64,000 nucleotides of DNA from a virus. The stretch is from positions 1 to 64,000 of IMG/VR virus record IMGVR_UViG_3300030101_002520; one strand, written 5' to 3'. Under the pieces are notes generated by a model. It saw nothing but the letters and a program-made list of their open reading frames with translations. It was not told the DNA's origin and ran no database searches. A program made the translations under genes and the position numbers. This document shows, piece by piece, positions 51,101-60,000 of this stretch (within the stretch, counting starts at the first letter, position 1; the number at the start of each line of letters is the position of its first letter).

Positions 51101-54100
51101 AGTTTTTTTGAAGAAGATAAAGAATCACCTACAGTATTTACATACTCTCCTGTTTTACTTAGGGTAATGAGTGATTCTAATATGGGTGATATGCAAAACA
51201 TGCCTGTAATTAAAGTTCAAAGTAAAAAGAATACATTTGCTAAAGAGTATTTACAACAATGGGCAAATCTAATAAAGGATGATTATACAATTATACAAAC
51301 TAATAGTAAAGAACTAAGAGATGTTACATTATTTCCTGTAAGGAATGTACATAAAGGGTATAATGATATAGAAGCTTCTGATATTGATTTTACAAATGGT
51401 AATTTAAATCCTAATCTTGCAGATCCTAATAAAGCTAGAGGTTTTAAAATGGGTTTAGGTACGGCAGATGTATTAACAATAAGAAAGGTTGGAGAGCAAA
51501 AAGAGTTTGATGAAAGTTTAAAGTTGCATTTAGAAAAAGTAGCAAGAAGTTTTAAACCTGATGGCAGTCAGTATACTATAGAAGAGGCATATAAATCTTT
51601 TGTTAGTACTAAAACTGATGATTCAAGTGAAAGCGCACCAAAAAGAAATGCAGGAAGATTTATACTAGATGCTTTAGAAGCACAGTATAAAAGGTTTGAA
51701 AGTGAGCTAGAGGATTTAGGAGCTGATACTTTAGTTGATAATAGAATAAAAAAAGGTTTAGCAAAAACAGGAAATACAGAATTTAAAAATAATGCAAGAT
51801 TATCTCAAGCATTATTATTTTTAGGTACAGATGAAAGATCAAATCTAAGACAAATATATTTTAATAACTGGTTGCAAACTACACGTATTAATGATGTATA
51901 TCTACCTAATCAAAGCATGTCACTAAAAGATGCAGTAGATGCTATTAAGAGAGCTAAGATGCAAAATGCTGGTGGAGCAAATACAGAATCATATATATCT
52001 GCGCCTGAATTAGGTATAAATAAACCACTTCAAGAATTACATGTACTTATTGGTACTGATCCTTTAGTTAAGAAAAAGTATGATGTAGATGGTGAAGATC
52101 AAAAACCTGGAGAGCAAACAGATGGTCAAGGTTACATGACTACTAAAACTTTTAGAGCAACATGGTTTGGTTTAGGTAAGCTTACTGAGAATCAGGCAGA
52201 TATGTTAAATAAAATAGAAAATAATCAACCAATTACAGAAGAAGAATTTTTTGGTGCTGTAGAAGAAACAGAAGCAGGTTTAAGTAGTTTAGGTTATAAG
52301 GATTATAAATCTCAAATAAACTCTAAGAAGTATGTTTATGGAGACGGTAGTTTGTACTTTAAACTATCTTATACAGTTTTAACACCTGCTTTGGATAGTT
52401 ATGCTGATGGTACACCATTAGAAAGTAGGAGAAGGTTGTATAATTTAAGAACTACTTTGGAAGCCAAAGAAAAAAGGGATGATGTGTTTATGATGTATAT
52501 ACCAGAGTCTGCTTCTAAAATGCGTAAGACAGATATACTTGATAGAGAGACAAGTGAATTATTATTTGATCAAGGTCTTACTATTGGTGAAAGACTTGAA
52601 GGTTCACAAGTTATAACAGATATGGGTAAAAAGCTTGAAGATGCTATAGAAATTGTTCCTGCTAAATATATGAGACTACAACAAATAACTCCATCAAATA
52701 AAATGGAAGTTGTTGATCCTAGACAAATACAAAATCTTATTCTTAATGAGCAGAATGATGATCAAGATATTACTTATATGGGTGAATCCTTGAAAGTAAA
52801 AGATCTTAAAAAAATGTATCAATGGTCTATATCTAATAGAAAACAAATTAACTACTTTAATAGACATAGTTTAGTTTTTGATTTACAACATGGATTACAA
52901 TACTTACAAGAAGCTATTGATGAGAATAAAGTAACACCAGATCTAGATGCATTTGTTGATTATGCACAAAACTCCTTACAAGCATCACAAGCATCTACAT
53001 TATTATTAGAATACTTTTCTAAAGCTAAGAATGGAGAGTCTAGGTATGAATTAAATAATCCGGTTACAATACAAAAGTTTACGGAACTTATTATGAGTTT
53101 CTTTAGTAAGGGTGTAATTGCAGATAGGCAACCTGGTAAGGCTGTTGTGCTTGTATCTGATTATGGAATGGATGTGTATAAAAGGGTTGATGCAGTTGAT
53201 AATAATGGTACTCCTATAGCATGGACAGTGATAACAACAGAGGGTTGGAAACAATCATCTGCTCAACAAAGAGGTGCGTTAGTAGTAGATCCTACAGTAA
53301 ATCCAAATGGAGATGTAATAGGTTTATCTGAAGATCAAGTTTATGTTGATAGGCTAAGACATGATGTAGTTGAATATAAAAGAGATACTAATGGAAAGCT
53401 TATTAGAGAGGATGGGGAGTTAGTTTCTACTGGAGAAGTGTATACAGAGTTTATGTTACCTCCACACTTTAGAGAAGAGATGCAACTAAATCCTGGTGAT
53501 CCTATACCAGATGTAATAGCTAAACAGTTTGCAGTGCGTATACCATCTCAAGATAAACACTCTGCTATTAATTTAAAATTAGTTGATCACCTTCCTGTAT
53601 TCTATGGGTCATCCGGTGTATTTGCAAGAGAGTTATTAGAGATAACAGGATCTGACTTTGATATTGATAAATTTTATGTACATCATAAAGAGTTTTATGA
53701 AAATGAAAATGGTGAACTTGTAGAATATGGTAAAGGCAGAACTGCAGAAGAAAGGTATCAAGAATATCTAATGGCATCAGAGAAGGATATGTCAAAATCA
53801 GGAACAAATATTTTCTATGCATACAAGAAGTGGAGAGAAAGAAAAAGAACAGCTGATAAAGAAAAATACACAGATGTACAAGAAAAAATAAATAAAGAGT
53901 TTAATGAGTTTATACTTACTAGTGAAACAGGATTATTACTTAGTGGTCAAGATCCTAAAACATTAAAAGAAGCTTTTGCAAAAGAAAGAGGATATGATTA
54001 TGATTCAAAAGCTGATGAGTTTTATTTATCTCCTAACGAAGAAATTGGTGTTGAAGAACCAAATAAACAAGCAGCACTATTAGGATCTTTAAAGATTTTA

Positions 54101-57082
54101 AATCTACCGGTTACTATAGAGCAGTATGAACAGTTTAGAGAAGAGAATAAGTTTGTAACAGAAAGTGGTGCTACACTATTTAGAGAACCTTATGCACAAG
54201 CATATAGTAATAATATATTAGATTTTAAAATGTTATTGTTGGGTAATGACTCTATGTCAAAAGCTCAAGGTGGACGTTTACATGCTATAAAGAATGAGCC
54301 TGCTGTAGATAAACCTTTTGTAAATATATGGAATAGTTGGAAAGATAAACTACCAAACTACTATGAAAACAATAGAGTAGACTTAAACTTTAGTGTAAAT
54401 AATATTAATGGTCAAACTAAATATTATAAAGATAGTAAAGAAGGTGCAAGAAATATTGGAGCTGTAGTTCAACCTAATACATACTTAGGATGGCATAAAA
54501 TATTTAAAACAAAACTAAGAGATGGTCAACCAAATGAGAGTGGTATATATATAGGTCCTCCAACACTTAATGGACATACTTATAAAGACTATAATATAAA
54601 CTACTTTATTGATCCTAGTAATGGAAAACAGCTAAAGGATGGTGAAAGAATTCAATATGCTATGTCTGCATTAGTTTCTATTATGGTTGATAATGGAAAA
54701 AATCCATATGCAGCAAAGTTAGGTTTGAATAAACAACTTGTTGTAATGGTTGCAAATGCAATTGCATTAGGTATTAATCTTGAGACAGCATTATTACTTG
54801 TTAATCAACCTATTGTTCAGGATGCATTTAAACAATCTAATATAACAGGTACTAATGCAATCTCAACTCTTCGGTCAGCTTACAATGGATTTATAAAAGG
54901 TGAAAAACCATTAAATACTGTATCTATGGGTACAGAGGTTACAGATGAATTTTTGGAAGATTTAATACGTAAGGCTAAAAGACCTTTAGATAAAGGAACA
55001 AAAAGAAGTGTAGAGAAAGAAATGGCAGGTCTTAGAGAGTTTTTAAATCTTAGTTATATTACTCAAGCAAATAATAACCTAGGAGCTATAGCTGCATTAG
55101 CAGAAAGTATGGGTAGAGATCTAGATGCTGTTGCTAATACTAATAAAAATTTAAATGATTTAGGTTTGTTTTTAGACAAAGAAGATTATTTAGATGCTAG
55201 AGTAATGGGTAATCCAATACCTTTTGAGTATAATTTTGTTAAAGGAATAACAAATATAAATAGTATACCTGGTGTTAACACTAACCTATTTAAACACTTT
55301 ACAGATCTTAGTGTACCGTATTTATTAACTCCAGCAACTGAAGTTTTCATTGGATTAGAAAACTTTTTGACTAGAGGTCTTAAAGGTATGACTCCTAAAA
55401 GAACAGCTGATGCTACATCTAAAATTAGAAAAGATTTATTAAGTTATTTGACAATAAAATCTTATATGCATAATCTTAATCTATTAGGTGAGTCTGGTCA
55501 AGAATCATTAGCTTCATTGAATAACGCATTGATATATAATGAAATGGAGGGCTCTATAAGGATTGACAAAGAAATTGAAAAAGTAAGAGACTTTTTAAAA
55601 GCCACTGATCAAAAGAATGAGTTTATTAATTTATTTATTAGAAATGATAGAACTGGAACTAAAAAGAATAAGACTGGTATTAATAGAGTAAGGACGCAAA
55701 ATCTTGTTAAACTTAGTAACAATAAAGCTAATAGAATTCAAACATCCCTTATATCATTATTAAAAGATAAAACAACTAGAGCTGCTGTAACACACTTGAT
55801 ACACTATGAAATGGTTAAGAATGGATTTCAACAAAAAGCAGGATCATTTTTACAAGTTATAGCACCTGCATTACCAGATATTCAAATGTATTTAGGAGAA
55901 GCTAAAAGAGTTAAAGATCTTTTGTCAACTAAGTTTAAAAATTTAGAAGAGGTAGATGAAGGATTTAAAAATACATTTGGTTTAACACTTGATGAAACAT
56001 TACAAGATTTAAGTCAATGGTTTAGATCATCTAAAGATTCTTATTATATTCCACGAATTGGAAAGGGTGTACAATTTAATACATCAAAAGGAGTGAGATC
56101 ACCAATGTATATAAAAGATAATAAATTTATTGTAGATTACCATCAAGGTACAACTGAGATTACAAAGTATAAATCTAAAGATCCAAATGATAAAAGAATA
56201 AAAATACCAAAACTAGAAATAGATATTGAAAAGAAGTCATATGAAATATTAACAGGAGCAGGTTTTAGACCAAGTGGGTTAGGGTTTATATTTCCACAAG
56301 TTACATCAGTTTCCCAAACTTTAGCAGATGGCACCTCAACAGTAAAATATTATTATTTAAATAGATTATTTTCTCCATATACAAAAGGTAAGACAAATAC
56401 TAATTTATATGCTGCTGAGAAAGTTTCTAATGCTTTAGTTGGTACAACAGCTGAATATATAGAGTTTGATTTATTAGGTAGTAAAGATCAGTGGAAAATG
56501 GGTTTCATGTTTAATATTGCAAAGATTAATGGTAAAACTCAGTTACAACCCACACTTAAAGAGATAGCACAAAAAGAAAGTATGAATCAAACTGATGGAG
56601 CACCAATTCCTCCAAGTGATTATGCAGATCAGTCTTATACTATTCCAGCTAATGTTGAACCTAGGAATACTGTAAATGATACCAACATTAATAGTATAGA
56701 AGCAAACAATGATAAAATAGAATTTAAAAAAGATGATAACGTTGTTGGCTCAACTGAAAATCAAGATCCTCAAACTATTATAAATGCTAATGTTATTGTG
56801 GATAAAAAGAAGGCAGCTCCAGCATCTGCATTTAGTAAAGCTGAAGGAGTGGGTGCAAAGTTTTCTAAAGATAAGTTAGGGCCACAAACAAAAAAAGATA
56901 ATAATTATGTTGATGTAATTAGAGAGTGGTTTCAATCAACACCTGTTGGAGAACTTAATAAAGCTGCAGAAGCTAATTTGCTTACTGGTGCTAGATTAAA
57001 AGACTTTGTAACATATTATGAAAAGAATAGAAATGTTACTAACTTAGATGACTTCATGTATAGACTTAAAAACTGTAAATAA
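42143..57082 (+). CDS. Giant virion-packaged DNA-dependent RNA polymerase polyprotein with zincin-like domain
   Basis: Catalytic GSDFDIDK (53648-53671) preceded by RIPSQDKHS; TDGQGY motif; HEAFH...EEYLADEF zincin motif (48737-48751); hydrophobic N-terminal segments. Confidence 0.88.
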   Translation: MAENPNIGNNKFINQNYTPPVDINTGSVPQISSQEHQDITDALRESTIQFDRSSEIDPMSLKFIDQQSKIINEQETLNPSRFTSPYPGNATPNRNPFAYNTGQNDLSTQQGRRDYFGSILERANGISDTRPHGGAWQNPIIYGKRQVNADRYLSHPSFDDLGFHPYRDNETFYNQNSTWYDDLGRTSSAFVQMFKPAFTSGWRALGDFISGDGLSQDYIGAEAMQDAMRIASSTRGGITGFTNDLYLNSAYTFGILGSIFAEEVALGLGTVATKGMSSSIAAQRTAGNFKRLFDAADAMKTGARNIGNFSYNVMRDLGAVDKAKDFYNYAKGNMYGDEVGRFISNFFAPETTRALQTMNSTKNTAKNVSNLSKLNTTFGAFYRDIRQFNIAWAESKMEGGLREIETLEEAYLKALQENGGNPLTEEQYNLIHSKSKSAGLGTALLNFPIIYLSNKLVFDGALRGFKPLARQLDNAKSGLGRQIMRNTKDGVVNSGKKAYVNVGSGLKRMYREGVVNGLKAAGVAGLRYSTRNFAEGFQELAQELVSASVGDYYTGLFDEVLSDSMNANAAELESRVKNAEASMAQAISSGLNNEAVGFKTFMSGFLMGGLVQPFQTVMFEYVPNTYTYVTDRKKYDAYAKKKEDYINESTKTLTEMFDDPRNLFKLTNLNTLTQKQLNKFMLLSSYNNDIMAFKDSKDAAAFHHVLTMLRVGKAEDFKAHLNGILQMNDADLQNAFKDTEASPAEIRKRFTGLIDKVDTMRDRFNRFDDKYINPYNPDNFKQGSRPWAQEIIRQSAFEHAKMMFMFTNDTYERSVVRMESILSNLSVNPVIDKMAANDITALTSQKGMLAEINMLKDETSVAPARNASVELKEQYKNKQEKLKIFQEFYDTFYAKDNYKILSRTKDKVKYGKLKVSGKNKLKKVFIKLLDHLSKTTGGRIQDNDAINTAFEMIIDHEYLAGRASDYYQAARILDDPSILNDLADRSAEAMNKVWNDQRKKFKVYGKLKNWVDNQERAKIISDLAKVGIFAESEQAKNFIETGQQPTEFFSEESRLTAITAEENPNAWKTLTNILKGYQKQKEAEARAAKDKAGQDLEINKEEFDKDSDLSAGDEINSVPEVEEERGAQISSNIQPRIYTLKDYQQFIDQDPDTQAILNKKYQEYEYAWNKLGIKKLSGKEGQILTKSEWVNSKEGGGKIVKARHRLFRTYAMQSPGMKNKTTFEEYLTKNQDQQFLINVVQGYGLRVEDILVDTVINENIAVEQGLGSRDTIVDTDNDYSKNKIKIVRRRRFATEEGVASDFFMVLTLNNENTVDKYAGLPNANTNLSTTYKTEAEAIAAADWLSMNIPAASNFDFTVEGKAEDGFTSGEIVVKDGRRYSVESKEEDNSMLVKDLESGQEETIDAGKFASEGWTRSKDEKIQIADIKTSTKLFVDRALQILPFDPNADSYKTMNDPQKEKILRAQARKDFEKTLQQLTIDEINKLKFSIVKGEDFEKVITNTAPSDRDVFPASVNYDENKQIRVGAAKYRVVIYKGDEPFALLASPYTATMVDSKGEKIDPLTITQKQAETLFIGAIADPSAYKKIRANYAAAYEIEKIFEDALKNSKGDQAFMSFKDLQKNNIDMQFTPGLILYKSEEVVNGKQINNESSIEELANNGFTVAEGVGTDGNPLFLIEDNQIIDRKEGVREEASIITNISVKDSNTLDKLRADINASMRRQGFDTKTKLGRYVGYVYSPGLGEYTAFELKAKPKSLEQVNTLFTEYLNRMEDTVKNNLDKGNVKDELYNRAFNTEKEQDNFIVGKGNQQFSISVTSRGDLKFRYYNSGVRGVGINIFLKVKDVKNLLQSEAGVTSLLKNIQKKVNNKIKADKKLNDLQNLLINLNAENFKDSLPKDINSNSNKYTIINTKMDAVIGPNVRSKIYGNIVFNDTSAINSAIQTALDIQREAPVKTSTVTEKPLSNVSLEDTDYFKKQSKEKFANIDESILKEIANKIVKDGKESLTEREKLALQNTPNSRRVSEFMLEITSRQASYKAQEEAENSEEQKEVDSELKLQDQLRVLKKEKYDKYYQERSVETIDGQRNSKYIKKEGERRRAALSDVSLDPEIQDLTNRINSALKVIDTEFDGRDIEDINKFVTWLKANLPEDIVTIKDINDLSERLKNNGTTVGAFIMRLKTLRGKSKTVGEIYTSKESPFRYHEAFHAAFRLLLTEDQIIDFLNVAKKAKKAELKKEGKSLDQALKELALLSPTYSAMNKKELEDTLYEEYLADEFEKFKQSPTSTKIAPKVKSFFTKLLEMITKIFENAFKVFSGSALVEQSTDTQLNKLFQDIDSGKFKSSKTQENRFTDAVAETSGGVSNPVYAIVAKQTAIIPVTVRRAGELITLNRKVVIPFPAEQVDSLVKRIAATYTQLKSRFVPARETPAFSKSKGIRQATDMIIQMYDPGNSQYDQISSDIEKLFELEDIYNALNNPDNKKALANGVRDYINIVEEVDNVLEDNMDVAKNEERDAPYQIDDKRNQMAGFSNLNEMIRMFILTTTVDVQDDRFGNTFVNPDAAEADRIPLQESVNYIEVFNGLLKALSGTANPATSLRKMSIFAESNRETQAVVNRFFMEFFGNNGPKLIKDFVEGRSEIPTPQGAKGAEFFQKTMNAFHQFRVDYIVGLKDKKTGNTSLIAANKNDDTHWQLQRWSNSFDNKDLRKGTVSYNTIIDDLKNLETLMTSGEVLSDLEVRAKGESVAEALNRHLGIDISPKFVEYSLLSSMGSSTPYQNNLLSLFEERPITISDENQNSDLTEIIKSLQRGEQLYNETNKEDSIESEKETSTNYSEQTSTNAQGVFYRLQKWAIANAAFDEKVGSTVMLDPKGNYIYTHQTPTYHLEIAQKLNSQNGINDLISERPDLVANTLLQDPKFLALSDARKLSIIRSLGTKTTTFTVTNDGQKIENKSLDTNDDAKTYGDYTPAEFLADRINLYLLNFNDLNGKVAQESFFEEDKESPTVFTYSPVLLRVMSDSNMGDMQNMPVIKVQSKKNTFAKEYLQQWANLIKDDYTIIQTNSKELRDVTLFPVRNVHKGYNDIEASDIDFTNGNLNPNLADPNKARGFKMGLGTADVLTIRKVGEQKEFDESLKLHLEKVARSFKPDGSQYTIEEAYKSFVSTKTDDSSESAPKRNAGRFILDALEAQYKRFESELEDLGADTLVDNRIKKGLAKTGNTEFKNNARLSQALLFLGTDERSNLRQIYFNNWLQTTRINDVYLPNQSMSLKDAVDAIKRAKMQNAGGANTESYISAPELGINKPLQELHVLIGTDPLVKKKYDVDGEDQKPGEQTDGQGYMTTKTFRATWFGLGKLTENQADMLNKIENNQPITEEEFFGAVEETEAGLSSLGYKDYKSQINSKKYVYGDGSLYFKLSYTVLTPALDSYADGTPLESRRRLYNLRTTLEAKEKRDDVFMMYIPESASKMRKTDILDRETSELLFDQGLTIGERLEGSQVITDMGKKLEDAIEIVPAKYMRLQQITPSNKMEVVDPRQIQNLILNEQNDDQDITYMGESLKVKDLKKMYQWSISNRKQINYFNRHSLVFDLQHGLQYLQEAIDENKVTPDLDAFVDYAQNSLQASQASTLLLEYFSKAKNGESRYELNNPVTIQKFTELIMSFFSKGVIADRQPGKAVVLVSDYGMDVYKRVDAVDNNGTPIAWTVITTEGWKQSSAQQRGALVVDPTVNPNGDVIGLSEDQVYVDRLRHDVVEYKRDTNGKLIREDGELVSTGEVYTEFMLPPHFREEMQLNPGDPIPDVIAKQFAVRIPSQDKHSAINLKLVDHLPVFYGSSGVFARELLEITGSDFDIDKFYVHHKEFYENENGELVEYGKGRTAEERYQEYLMASEKDMSKSGTNIFYAYKKWRERKRTADKEKYTDVQEKINKEFNEFILTSETGLLLSGQDPKTLKEAFAKERGYDYDSKADEFYLSPNEEIGVEEPNKQAALLGSLKILNLPVTIEQYEQFREENKFVTESGATLFREPYAQAYSNNILDFKMLLLGNDSMSKAQGGRLHAIKNEPAVDKPFVNIWNSWKDKLPNYYENNRVDLNFSVNNINGQTKYYKDSKEGARNIGAVVQPNTYLGWHKIFKTKLRDGQPNESGIYIGPPTLNGHTYKDYNINYFIDPSNGKQLKDGERIQYAMSALVSIMVDNGKNPYAAKLGLNKQLVVMVANAIALGINLETALLLVNQPIVQDAFKQSNITGTNAISTLRSAYNGFIKGEKPLNTVSMGTEVTDEFLEDLIRKAKRPLDKGTKRSVEKEMAGLREFLNLSYITQANNNLGAIAALAESMGRDLDAVANTNKNLNDLGLFLDKEDYLDARVMGNPIPFEYNFVKGITNINSIPGVNTNLFKHFTDLSVPYLLTPATEVFIGLENFLTRGLKGMTPKRTADATSKIRKDLLSYLTIKSYMHNLNLLGESGQESLASLNNALIYNEMEGSIRIDKEIEKVRDFLKATDQKNEFINLFIRNDRTGTKKNKTGINRVRTQNLVKLSNNKANRIQTSLISLLKDKTTRAAVTHLIHYEMVKNGFQQKAGSFLQVIAPALPDIQMYLGEAKRVKDLLSTKFKNLEEVDEGFKNTFGLTLDETLQDLSQWFRSSKDSYYIPRIGKGVQFNTSKGVRSPMYIKDNKFIVDYHQGTTEITKYKSKDPNDKRIKIPKLEIDIEKKSYEILTGAGFRPSGLGFIFPQVTSVSQTLADGTSTVKYYYLNRLFSPYTKGKTNTNLYAAEKVSNALVGTTAEYIEFDLLGSKDQWKMGFMFNIAKINGKTQLQPTLKEIAQKESMNQTDGAPIPPSDYADQSYTIPANVEPRNTVNDTNINSIEANNDKIEFKKDDNVVGSTENQDPQTIINANVIVDKKKAAPASAFSKAEGVGAKFSKDKLGPQTKKDNNYVDVIREWFQSTPVGELNKAAEANLLTGARLKDFVTYYEKNRNVTNLDDFMYRLKNCK

Positions 57083-60000
57083 TGGCAACTTGTTTTAATA
57101 GAAATTTACCTGCATATCAAACACTTTTAGAGAAGTATGATTCTCCTATGTTTGTAGATGGAGTTATTAATGGATGGCAAAAAGTAAATAGATCTGAACT
57201 TATGCCTACTGTACTTGAAGCAGAAGATTTTTTAAAAGATCAAAAAGAAGTTGGTGTTTTAGATAAACAAAATTTAAAACAATCTATTCTTACAAACTTG
57301 GGTGTAAAAGGTAAAGGGTTAATTAGCAGATTTGGTGAATCATATTATATAAATAATACTAATAAAGAAGTAAGAGCAATTAAAGGTGATGTACAAACAT
57401 TAGAAAGAAATAAGAATAGTGTAGAAAGATTATTAGATTGGTGGCAAGTAACACCAGAGGCTGTAACAATAACAAAGACAGACAATTCTTATAGGTTAGA
57501 TATAAATGCTAATCTACTAAATATGCAAGATGTTATAACAGAAACGTCAGATGTAACACATTTGCAAGATATACTTCAACATCTAACAAGATTATTTCCT
57601 GATGTACAAATTCAAGTGATGAGTGAAACTGATGCAAAAAGAATGTATAATTCATTACCTCAATTTACATCAGAGTTTCAAAAGCCCATAGATTTTAAAG
57701 ATATAAAAAGTTTTTATGTAGATGGTCAAGCCATATTAGTTGAAGGTAGAGTAACATCAGAAACAGCAATAGAAGAAGTATTACATCCATTTGTTAATGC
57801 TTTATATGCAGATAAATCAGAGTTGTTTAGAAGATTAAAAACAGAATCAGAACGTTCTTTTCCTAAACTAGCTCAAGAGATAGCTGGTGCATATACAAAG
57901 ACTAAAGGTTTTGATAATATAGATAGAGATAAAGAGTTGGTTACACAAGCAATGGCTAGACACTTTAAGAGAGAGTATGAGCAAAATCCTACAGAAAGTT
58001 TTAGATCTAAGATTAGAGAGTTTATGAGATGGCTGATGGATGTATTTAGAGATCTTAGTAAGTGGGTTGTAGGTAAAGATTTAGTATTAGCACCGGGTAT
58101 GATAGACAATGCTAATAACTTAACAAGTCTTTCTAAAATTTTGAATACAGGTGATTTAAAATTTGGTCTTGATAGAGCTATAAGACAAGATAGGAAAGTT
58201 AGATTTAGTTTAACACCTAAATTTCAAAAGATATACAATAAAGTAAAAGGTAAAGCCACTTCACAAAAACAAATTACTAGGCTTGATGATCTTTATAATG
58301 TAAGCATTAATAGTCAAAAGCCTATAGATGACTTTACTGTTTCTATGTCAAAAAAGAAAAATCATCCTCTAGTAATATTAAATAAAAAAACACACAAATA
58401 CATTAGTGTAGAAAACATTAATGACCCCTTTACAAGTGTAACTACAAAGATAGGAGGTTTTAGTTCTAAAAGCTATTCTATTAAAAAGGGTGATACTATA
58501 GCAAGCATTGCTAAAAGTTTAGGAACAACTATAAAAAAGATTAAAGAGTTAAATCCAATAGGTGATAATTTAAATACGCTTACTAAAGCAAATGGTCAAC
58601 CTATAAAACAATTATATGTGCCACAAGAAGATTTTCAAATCAATATGGATATTGGTAATGATTTTGATTCTATAGTAAGTGCTATTGTATTAGATGAAGG
58701 TATAGACAGTGTAGACTTAAAAGTTGTTAGTAAAGAAGTTGCAGAAGATTTTTATAAAAAGATGAAGAAAGATCTTGCAGTATTAACAAGAAATGGTGGA
58801 ATACTAATACCACAAGTTGTAGTATCAGATAAGCTTAATCAAATAGCTGGTACTATAGATCTTTTATTTATGGATGAGAATGGAGCTTTAGAGATTATAG
58901 ATATTAAAACAAGCAAGGATAGTTTAAATGCTCTTGTCAATGGTAAATTAAAATATGAAGAAACTTATTTTCCTGTTACCTATGGTAGTATTTTTTATGA
59001 TCCTGCTAAGTCTCATGCAGATCAGCAAAAGTTTACTAAAGAGCAAATGCAAGCATTGCAGGTAAATTCTTATGCTCAGATATTAAGAAATCAAGACTAT
59101 GATATTGATTCTACTTTTACCTATCATGTGCATACACCCACAACAGGGAAAGGTATTAATCAAAAATATACACAGAAATTTGTTATTGAGGGTATTAGAA
59201 CACAATCAGAGACTGCTGATGTGCTTATTGGTGATCCAGGTAATAATAACTTTGCTTCTGAAATGATGGTAAAAGATTTTTCAGATCCTACAGCAAATGA
59301 TAAATTATTTACTTTAGATAAAAAAACAGGAGAGAATGAGATAGAGGTAGATGAGTCTGAGATAGATGCAATAGCAGAGAATGTAACTTCTAAGATGATG
59401 TCAACAGAATCTGTACTTGAACAAATAACAGATTTTAGAGTTGCAATGAGTACAAGAAAAGAAAACTATCAAAGAGTAAAAAATCAAATTGCTTTTTTTA
59501 AAGATGGTAAAGATGTTGTTCAAGAGATTGATAGAACGTTAGCAATTATAGATGCTGGTGTTGAAGATGGCAATGTAATTCCATTATTTGAAGAGATTGT
59601 AAAACAATCAATAAAAGAATTAGATGACTTTATTGAATATGTTAACAACCCAGATAGCTATTTACTGGATGATAAATATATATCTAAAGTGTTAAACTAT
59701 TCAAAAATGGTGAGCACATATGAAAGTTTATCAGAAGTAGAAAAAGCAAAAGGTTTAACAAAGGCACAACTACAATTACTAGAAGAGTTAAGGGGAAAAA
59801 TATATACAATTAACGGTAAAAGAGATGGTTTAGGAAATATAATAGAGGGTAAAGAAGGTTTGATTAATACTGCTATAGATAATTTTGCTAAACAATTTAT
59901 AAAAGATAATTCTAAAAGAGATTTTACACAAGAAGATTTAGAGGACATATTAAGGTGGGGTTCAGATATGGGTATGATAGAGTATCAAACAGGCACACTT

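Noticed and set aside
1825-59948. The many 60-111-aa ORFs on the minus strand or in alternative frames listed in the ORF track
   Set aside because: They lie within or largely overlap long, well-supported + strand genes and show the shadow-ORF composition (F/L/S/I-rich) expected from antisense reading; no motifs.
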